In this document: positions 57,777 to 64,000 of the stretch, in pieces
Layout of the letters: every line of letters begins with the position of its first letter
Numbering within the stretch: position 1 is the stretch's first letter
Assembly: GCA_965247115.1 (NCBI GenBank)
Contig: CBDFGR010000003.1
Location: forward strand, 1,987,867-2,051,866
Origin: Myxococcota bacterium
Lineage (GTDB): Bacteria > Myxococcota_A > UBA9160 > SZUA-336
Reading direction: 5' to 3'
DNA length: 64,000 bases
The notes under the pieces: model-generated
What the model was told of the DNA's origin: nothing
Seen by the model: the letters and a program-made list of their open reading frames with translations, nothing else
The model's database searches: none
Position numbers and translations under genes: made by a program

Positions 57777-59153
57777 TCAGTACTTTGCATAGTCGACCAG
57801 GAACTCGATCCGGCGGCTCCAGGCTCCGTCCCAGCACTCCAGGAGATAGCGTCCCGGGCTCGTCCCCCGGTCGATGATCTCGTACAGCGGGTCGAGAAAG
57901 ATCGACTCGTCGTGGCCGGCGCGGTTGCGATTGTCCATGCGTTTCAGCGCTTGCGCGGACAGGTCGACCAGCTCCTTCGCCACCGCGAGGATCGGGCCGT
58001 CCGGCGTGTCGGCCTTGAGGCCCGCGCGTGTCACCTCGGCGTGCAACGCGTCCACCTGGGCATGACTCCACGCGCCGGTCAGAGCCTCTGATCCGGCCAG
58101 CGCATCCTCGTCGTAGAACAGGCCCTTCCAGAACGCGGGCAGCCCGCACACCAGCTTTGGCGGAACCGCGTCCGCGCCTCGCACCTCGATCACGCGCTTG
58201 ACGCGCGCCTCCGGAAAGAGCGTGGTGAGGTGAATGTGCCAGTCCGCCAGAGATGCGGGCTCGCCCTCGAACCCGCTCGCGAGGAAGTCGCGGAAAGTGC
58301 GGCCGCCCGCGGGCAGGTGGCGCTCTTCGCGGACGAGGAACAGCATGGGGACGTCGAGCGCCCACTCTGCATAGCTCGCATAGGCCGTTCCCTCGCCCCA
58401 ACCGTCGTCGAAGACGAACGGAAGGAAGCCGCAGCGATCGGGGTCGGTGTGCCGCCACACCCAGGCACGTCTCGACTCGAACCCGTTCGGCACACCCTCC
58501 GAGACGCTGGAGTTCGCGTAGAGCGCGGTCACGACGGGTGAGGCCGCGAGCGCCACACGAAGCTTTCGCGCCATGTCGGCCTCCGAGGCAAAGTCGTAGT
58601 TCGCCTGGACGGTGCCGGTACCGTGCATCATCTCCAGACCGAGCTCGTCGCGCAGGCCAATGTACTCACGCATAACCGCGTAGCGCTGACGCGGCATACG
58701 AGGAAGGTCGTCGATCTCAGCGAGCGGATGGATACCGAGACCCAGCCAGATGATGCCGAAGCGGGCAGACACCTGCTTCATCAGGGCCACGTGCTCGTTG
58801 AACTCGCTGCACGTCTCGTGAAGCGAATGAAGCGGAGCTCCCGAGAGCTCGAGCTGCCCCCCGGGCTCCAGTGTGATCGACGCGCCGTCGCGCTCGAGAC
58901 CCACGAGTCGAGCGTCGTCGAGCAGCGGCTCGAAGCCGTGCTCGTCTCGCAGCACGCTCAAGAGCGCGCGAATGCCGCGCTCTCCACCGTAGGGAACGGG
59001 CGCCAGATCGGCCTCGTAGAGGGCGATCTTCTCGTGCTCGGTACCGACCCGGAATTCCTCGACGGGAGTCTCGGCAGCGCGCATGTACTCGACGAGCTGT
59101 GCCGGATCCTCGATCGGGCGCAGCAGCTCCGGATCTATTCGCGTCAGGCTCAC
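57777..59153 (-). CDS. gshA: Glutamate-cysteine ligase, plant/alpha-proteobacterial type (GCS2 family)
   Basis: 458 aa, with GCS2-like blocks (…GTEHEKI…, …LEPGGQLELSGAP…). Confidence 0.75.
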   Translation of the reverse strand: MSLTRIDPELLRPIEDPAQLVEYMRAAETPVEEFRVGTEHEKIALYEADLAPVPYGGERGIRALLSVLRDEHGFEPLLDDARLVGLERDGASITLEPGGQLELSGAPLHSLHETCSEFNEHVALMKQVSARFGIIWLGLGIHPLAEIDDLPRMPRQRYAVMREYIGLRDELGLEMMHGTGTVQANYDFASEADMARKLRVALAASPVVTALYANSSVSEGVPNGFESRRAWVWRHTDPDRCGFLPFVFDDGWGEGTAYASYAEWALDVPMLFLVREERHLPAGGRTFRDFLASGFEGEPASLADWHIHLTTLFPEARVKRVIEVRGADAVPPKLVCGLPAFWKGLFYDEDALAGSEALTGAWSHAQVDALHAEVTRAGLKADTPDGPILAVAKELVDLSAQALKRMDNRNRAGHDESIFLDPLYEIIDRGTSPGRYLLECWDGAWSRRIEFLVDYAKY

Positions 59154-59163
59154 TCGAGACCCT

Positions 59164-59589
59164 TCACGCGCTACTGGCCTCGCGAATCAAGCTCTCGATC
59201 CTGTCCTGCAGGGCAGCCTCGACCTCCGGTCCTTGCAAGCCGTGATCCGAGCACGGGTTCTCGCTTTGACCCCGCTTGAACGGACCAACGAGCCGCACCC
59301 TGCCTTTCTCCTTGGCCATGATGACGCAGACGAGCTCCCAGCGTCCGCGTACCAGTTTGAACTGCAAGCAATCCACGTGCTTCTCGTCCGGACTGACGGG
59401 AGAGACGTCCAGCCGTGCAAGCGGCTCGGCGCCCAGCTCGCACGCGCGACGCTTGAACGCCTGCACCGACGCGTGGGCCAGCTCGCGAAGCGTCTCGGCG
59501 CCCTCGCGAAGCTCGGACAGTCGCTTGGACAAGTCCGGTTGGTTGCCGGCCAGCTCGACCGCCAGCTGCTCGAAGCGCTCACTGCTCAC
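59164..59589 (-). CDS. Hypothetical protein
   Basis: ORF immediately upstream of gshA. Start uncertain; GTG at 59589 is suggested, and the N-terminal part of the track ORF is Arg-rich low complexity. Confidence 0.3.
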   Translation of the reverse strand: MSSERFEQLAVELAGNQPDLSKRLSELREGAETLRELAHASVQAFKRRACELGAEPLARLDVSPVSPDEKHVDCLQFKLVRGRWELVCVIMAKEKGRVRLVGPFKRGQSENPCSDHGLQGPEVEAALQDRIESLIREASSA

Positions 59590-59630
59590 GTACGCAGTGT
59601 AAACAATTCCGCTGCTATACTTCGCCCGGC

Positions 59631-61010
59631 GTGAACAGGGGAAACTGGGGAATCGCAGTCGGTGCCGGTGTCGCCGTCTCCTGCGCACTGCTCCTCTCGG
59701 GTCGCCCGCAGCTCGCTTTCGTAGGACTCCTGCTCTCCTTCGGGGGTTTCTGCTTCCGCAGTGAGCTCTCGCTCAACTGGCAGATCGCGCTCGGGTCCTT
59801 GCTCGGAGTAGCCTCCGGACTCTGGCTCGGCGAGGCGGCCGCCGTCATGGGCACGCTCGGCAGGATCTTCATCTCCGCGCTCAAGATGCTGATCGTCCCC
59901 ATGGTGCTGCTGTCGATCGTATTCGGCATCTCGCGCATGGGCGACGCCCGCGAGCTAGGACGCATGGGAGCGCGGACCGTCGTCCTCTATCTCGTCACGA
60001 TGGCCTTGGCCGTGGTCACGGGCCTGGTGCTCGTGAACCTGATACGACCGGGCGCCGGCAGTGACCTCTTGCATACGGAGTTCTTTCAGCAGGCGGTCGG
60101 CGCCAGCGCGAGCTCCATCGAGCACGTGCGTCCCCTTGGCGAGTTTCTGCTGCTCACCGTGTACGACGTGCTCGCGAATCCCTTCGCCTCCAGTGCGGAG
60201 GGCAAGATCCTGCCGATCGTGGTGTTCGCGATCATGCTCGGTATAGCACTCCTCCAGCTCGGGTCTGCGGCGCAGCCGCTGGTGAGCGCGCTCGGGAGCG
60301 GATACGCCGCGATCATGCGCATCATCGGGTGGGTCATCCGGCTCGCGCCCATGGGGATCGCTGCGCTGCTCGGGAACCTGATCGCGACGATCGGCTTTCG
60401 CGATCTCGTGGAGAACCTGCTCTCGTTCTCGTTGGTGGTGATCTCCGGTACGCTGCTCCATGCCGCCGTGACCCTCCCCCTCGTAGCGCTCTTCGTGGCG
60501 AAGGTCCCCCCCATGCGCCTCTTCCGGGGCATTCGCGAGGCCCTGGCCGTTGCCTTTACCACGAGCTCGAGCATCGCGACGCTGCCTGTGACCACGCGCT
60601 GCATCGAGACGAACCTCGACGTTCCTCCTCGTGTGGCGAGCTTTGTCCTGCCCCTCGGTGCGACCGTAAACATGGACGGCACCGCACTCTACGAGGCGAT
60701 GGCGGCCGTGTTCGTCGCAACGATCTACGGCATCGAGCTCTCGCTGGGCTCGCAGCTCGTGATCGTCTTCGTAGCGATGGCCACGGCGATTGGCGCACCA
60801 GGAATCCCCTCCGCGGGAATGGTCACCATGGTCGCCGTACTCGAGTCGGTCGGGCTCCCGGTCGAAGCCGTTGGGATCCTGCTCGCGATCGATCGTTTCC
60901 TCGACACCTTCCGCACCGTGGCCAACGTGGAGGGCGATGCGGTCGTCGCGATCTGTGTCGCGCACATGCCCGCAGCGGAAGTCCGAGATCCAGGCGCAAG
61001 CCCCGCCTGA
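59631..61010 (+). CDS. Dicarboxylate/amino acid:cation symporter (DAACS/GltP-DctA family)
   Basis: About 8 transmembrane segments plus re-entrant loops, with conserved …NMDGTALYEA… and …GIPSAGMV… motifs. Confidence 0.8.
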   Translation: MNRGNWGIAVGAGVAVSCALLLSGRPQLAFVGLLLSFGGFCFRSELSLNWQIALGSLLGVASGLWLGEAAAVMGTLGRIFISALKMLIVPMVLLSIVFGISRMGDARELGRMGARTVVLYLVTMALAVVTGLVLVNLIRPGAGSDLLHTEFFQQAVGASASSIEHVRPLGEFLLLTVYDVLANPFASSAEGKILPIVVFAIMLGIALLQLGSAAQPLVSALGSGYAAIMRIIGWVIRLAPMGIAALLGNLIATIGFRDLVENLLSFSLVVISGTLLHAAVTLPLVALFVAKVPPMRLFRGIREALAVAFTTSSSIATLPVTTRCIETNLDVPPRVASFVLPLGATVNMDGTALYEAMAAVFVATIYGIELSLGSQLVIVFVAMATAIGAPGIPSAGMVTMVAVLESVGLPVEAVGILLAIDRFLDTFRTVANVEGDAVVAICVAHMPAAEVRDPGASPA

Positions 61011-61022
61011 GCGAGGGCCCGT

Positions 61023-62426
61023 TTACATGGCGGCTTCGAGTACCAGCGACGGGGAGGCCTGGCGCAGCTCCGCCAGGCGTTGCTCTTTGACCTCGTCGAA
61101 GCGGACGCGCTCGTGCTCGGAGATCGGGCCGCCCTTGGGGAACTTCACCTTGAGTGGATCGACGAACCGACCTCCGATACGGAGGCGATAGTCGAGGTGC
61201 GGGGCGGTGGCGAGTCCCGTCGAGCCGACGAAGCCGATCACCTGCTTCTGGTGCACTCGCTGTCTTTTCTTGAGGGACTTCGCGTAGCGAGAGAGGTGAC
61301 CGTAGTAGGAGACGTAGCCGTTGTTGTGGCGCACCTTGATCAGTCGACCGAAGCCACCGCTGCGGCCCATGAAGGTGACCTCGCCGTCGGCCACGGCCCA
61401 GACGGGCGTGCCTACCGGCGCGGCGTAGTCCACGCCTTCGTGCGGGCGCCGAACCTTGAGGATCGGGTGCAGACGTGACTTCGAGTAGCGCGAGCTGATC
61501 CGGGTATAGCTGACCGGAGCGCGCAGGAAGGTGCGCCGTAGCGAGTTGCCTTCCGGTGTGAAGTAGCCCGCACGACCCTCGCCGTCTTCGAACAGGAGCG
61601 CGACGAACTCCCTGGCCGACGCCTGGTACTCTGCGGCCAGGATCCGTCCGTACTGCACGAATCCCTCTCTGTCATAGAACTTCTCGAACACCAGCCGGAA
61701 CTCGTCTCCAGGCCTGGTCTCGGTCGAGAAGTCGACGTCCCAGACGAACAGATCAGCAAAGCCCTGAACGAGATCGGAGCGCTCGCCGAGGCCGCGCAGC
61801 GCCTCCGACAGCGAGCGGTCGATCATTCCGCCGAGCTGTACCACGCGACGCTCGAGAGGCGCCTCGTTCTTGCTCGCTACGAGTCCTCCCTCACCGGGCT
61901 CGACCCGGTAGATGGTGCGTCGGCCGCGATGATATTCGAATGAAAGGAGCTGACCCGTTCCACCCTGAATGAGGGAATAGAAGTCGCGGGGCTGCGCACC
62001 ACGAAAGTCGAAGAGAGGCCGGATCGTGCTCGCGATCCCGTAGACCAGCTGCGACGACACCCCGTTCGCGATCAGGGCACCCGACAGGGTCCCCCCCTGG
62101 GGCACACGGCCAGTAACAACGTTCAGTGTAGGGACCGGCGGGGTGGGCTCGCGCGGCGCGGGCGGCGGGGAGGGAGCAGCCACGTCTGGCAGCGCTGCGG
62201 CCGACGCCACCCGAACCCCCACTGCCGCCTCGGCGACGTTCGGGGAGCTCCGCTCGGGGCTCGTTCCACCCTGAAAGGCGGAGTAGGAGAGGACCGCGCA
62301 GAGCGCGAACCAAGCGACTGCGCTCCATGTGCGGCGTCTGTTCCGGCGGAGGTGCAGCCGAACGGCCCACGCGGGAATCCCGTCGTGAAGCTGCGAGCTC
62401 GTCCCCCTCATCCTCTCTCCTCGCAT
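61023..62426 (-). CDS. M23-family metalloendopeptidase (LytM domain)
   Basis: C-terminal HxxxD…HxH motifs (…PHEGVDYAAPVGTPV…GHLS…THLDYR). The start at 62426 (MRGERMRG…) comes before a transmembrane or signal segment. Confidence 0.7.
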   Translation of the reverse strand: MRGERMRGTSSQLHDGIPAWAVRLHLRRNRRRTWSAVAWFALCAVLSYSAFQGGTSPERSSPNVAEAAVGVRVASAAALPDVAAPSPPPAPREPTPPVPTLNVVTGRVPQGGTLSGALIANGVSSQLVYGIASTIRPLFDFRGAQPRDFYSLIQGGTGQLLSFEYHRGRRTIYRVEPGEGGLVASKNEAPLERRVVQLGGMIDRSLSEALRGLGERSDLVQGFADLFVWDVDFSTETRPGDEFRLVFEKFYDREGFVQYGRILAAEYQASAREFVALLFEDGEGRAGYFTPEGNSLRRTFLRAPVSYTRISSRYSKSRLHPILKVRRPHEGVDYAAPVGTPVWAVADGEVTFMGRSGGFGRLIKVRHNNGYVSYYGHLSRYAKSLKKRQRVHQKQVIGFVGSTGLATAPHLDYRLRIGGRFVDPLKVKFPKGGPISEHERVRFDEVKEQRLAELRQASPSLVLEAAM

Positions 62427-62471
62427 CCAAAGCCACAAGTGCAGCCGGGTGGCGACTATCAATGACCTATA

Positions 62472-63890
62472 GTGAAATTCGTGGCAAGCCCAATTCTGGC
62501 AGGCGCGGCCCGGGTCGAGATCACGCCGCGGCCCGGAGTGGAGCTCATGGGGTACGGAGCCCGGCGCGGAGGGGCTGCAGCCGTGCACGATCCGCTCTTT
62601 GCACGGGCCCTCTGCCTGGCCCCGGATTCACCGAAAACTGCTGGGATTGCGCTGGTTTCGGCCGATCTTTGCCTGTTGGATCCGCGCCAGGCCGAATCCG
62701 TGCGCGAGCGCATCTCGGCCGGCTCGGGCCTGCCTCGGGAGCGGATTCTCGTCCAGTGCACGCACACCCACTCCGGTCCCGAGACAGGGCTGCAGGCGCT
62801 GAACACGAGCCGACCGCTGCCTGCCCACGTGGCTGGCATCCTGGACGGCCTCGGCAGAGCGGGACTGCAGGCCTGCGCCGCGCTGGCCCCCGCGAGCCTG
62901 CGCTGGTGCAGCTCTGAGGTACGGATTGGGCGGAATCGAAGCCTGGAAGACGGGGCACTCGACCCGGCCCTTCACGTGCTGGACGTACGGACGGCAGCTC
63001 GAGACCCACTGGCCACGCTCTACCACTACGCGTGTCACCCAACGGTGCTGGGGCACGACAACCTCGAGATCTCGGCGGATTGGCCCGGTGTCGCGAGCGC
63101 GAGGCTAGAGCGCGAGACGGGAGCGGTTGCGCTGTTCATGCTGGGCGCCCACGCCGACATTGATCCGCGGACGCGTGGGCTGAAGGATATCTGCATTCCG
63201 GGCCAGAGCGTGGGACTCGGGTTCGATGCCGTGCGCGTGCTCGGAGAAGAGGTCGCAGGCGCCGCGCTCGAGGCGCTCGAGCAGGACGGTGGCGCTGCGC
63301 GTGAGGCCTTTCTCGGAGCTGCGAGCTGCCGGGTTCCCCTGCCCCTTCACTTGGGTGATCGCAGCGCCGACGCGACGCGCATCGAGCTCGAGCGCCGCAA
63401 GCGCCAGCTCGCCGATCTGCTGGGCGTGACTCCACAAGAGCTCCCCCGACTCTCGGAGCTCGACCATCACGTGTCCAAGCGCGTTCGAGACCTGCCAGTC
63501 GCCGAGGCACGCGAGCAGATCGCGCGGGCTCGCCTTTACGTTCGCGACAAGACGGCGCCCTTCTTCGCCTCCGGCCAACGCGAGATCAAGGTCGAGGTCC
63601 AGGTCCTCCGCGTTGGCTCAACGGCCATCCTCGCCCTGCCAGTCGAGCCGACGACAGAGGTCGGGCTCGACTGGCGCCGCCGCACCAGTGGAAAGGCGAT
63701 CGGTAAGGTCGCGGGCATCGCGAACGGCTGGCTGCGCTACCTGCCGCACCCGACAGACCTGGGCCACCCGCGGGCTCACCAACGCTACGAAGTGCTCTCG
63801 AGCATCCTCGCCCCCGGCGCATGCGAAGCCCTCCTCGACGCCGGCGAGCAGCTCCTCACACAAATCGACACCGCCCCCAAACCGCACTAG
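62472..63890 (+). CDS. Neutral/alkaline ceramidase family protein
   Basis: N-terminal …GVELMGYG…, …ADLCLL… and QCTHTHSGPE blocks match neutral ceramidases (PaCD-like). Confidence 0.7.
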   Translation: MKFVASPILAGAARVEITPRPGVELMGYGARRGGAAAVHDPLFARALCLAPDSPKTAGIALVSADLCLLDPRQAESVRERISAGSGLPRERILVQCTHTHSGPETGLQALNTSRPLPAHVAGILDGLGRAGLQACAALAPASLRWCSSEVRIGRNRSLEDGALDPALHVLDVRTAARDPLATLYHYACHPTVLGHDNLEISADWPGVASARLERETGAVALFMLGAHADIDPRTRGLKDICIPGQSVGLGFDAVRVLGEEVAGAALEALEQDGGAAREAFLGAASCRVPLPLHLGDRSADATRIELERRKRQLADLLGVTPQELPRLSELDHHVSKRVRDLPVAEAREQIARARLYVRDKTAPFFASGQREIKVEVQVLRVGSTAILALPVEPTTEVGLDWRRRTSGKAIGKVAGIANGWLRYLPHPTDLGHPRAHQRYEVLSSILAPGACEALLDAGEQLLTQIDTAPKPH

Positions 63891-64000
63891 CAGCCGAGCC
63901 CGCTTCAGCGACCAGAAGTTCCGACCAGCTCTTGAATCGCCTGGTGGATGAAGTCGAAGAGGGGCTCGATCTGATCCTCGTCCAGGCAGGAGAACGCGAC

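Noticed and set aside
1-64000. CRISPR arrays, IS elements, integrases, rRNA
   Set aside because: No regularly spaced direct repeats, transposase or integrase-like ORFs, or rRNA-like conserved stretches were seen anywhere in the window.

Overview
This is a high-GC (about 68-70%) bacterial chromosomal segment with dense coding on both strands. No rRNA, CRISPR array, transposase or integrase was seen. It splits into two parts at a tRNA-Pro(CGG) gene at about 29.0-29.1 kb.

Accessory-like catabolic/oxidative region, 1-29 kb:
- a methylamine-dehydrogenase-like pair (mauB-mauA) followed by a mono-haem cytochrome c, with none of the usual maturation genes in the window;
- two PhyH-family dioxygenases, one paired with an MFS transporter and one with an N-acyl-D-amino-acid deacylase;
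- a luciferase-like oxidoreductase, a MAPEG protein, and a 516-aa conserved hypothetical;
- a RidA / flavin amine oxidase / patatin lipoprotein cluster;
- an acyl-CoA-dehydrogenase-fold flavoenzyme and a SET-domain protein;
- a signalling block with a Cache-GAF hybrid histidine kinase, a single-domain response regulator, and a HisKA-REC-adenylate/guanylate cyclase protein;
- a quinohaemoprotein (PQQ) alcohol dehydrogenase interrupted by an in-frame TGA;
- an amidohydrolase-2 protein and a GlcG-type haem-binding protein.

Core housekeeping region, 29-64 kb, mostly on the minus strand:
- rpsU-dnaG-rpoD;
- hisA / lipoprotein / hisB / hisD;
- murA, prmC, prfA, rpmE, rho, pgeF, rluD;
- a MinD-like ATPase, a J/HTH protein, an HNH endonuclease, and selA;
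- an RNase E/G homologue;
- an epimerase / acyltransferase / ParA trio;
- surE, a NUDIX hydrolase, lon, a BON protein, and plant-type glutamate-cysteine ligase;
- a DAACS transporter, an M23 peptidase, and a neutral ceramidase.

The six-frame ORF track missed rpsU, which appears to start at CTG.

The most notable signals:
- the in-frame TGA in the PQQ dehydrogenase, with selA in the same window;
- a G11 homopolymer between the RBS and the rpoD start codon;
- a ParA-like gene whose Walker-A box has no in-frame canonical start unless a G6 run loses one base;
- the minimal mauBA + cytochrome cluster.

Several ORFs show a 1-nt disagreement between my line-based indexing and the supplied ORF-track ends. 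Coordinates follow the track where possible and may be off by 1 nt elsewhere.
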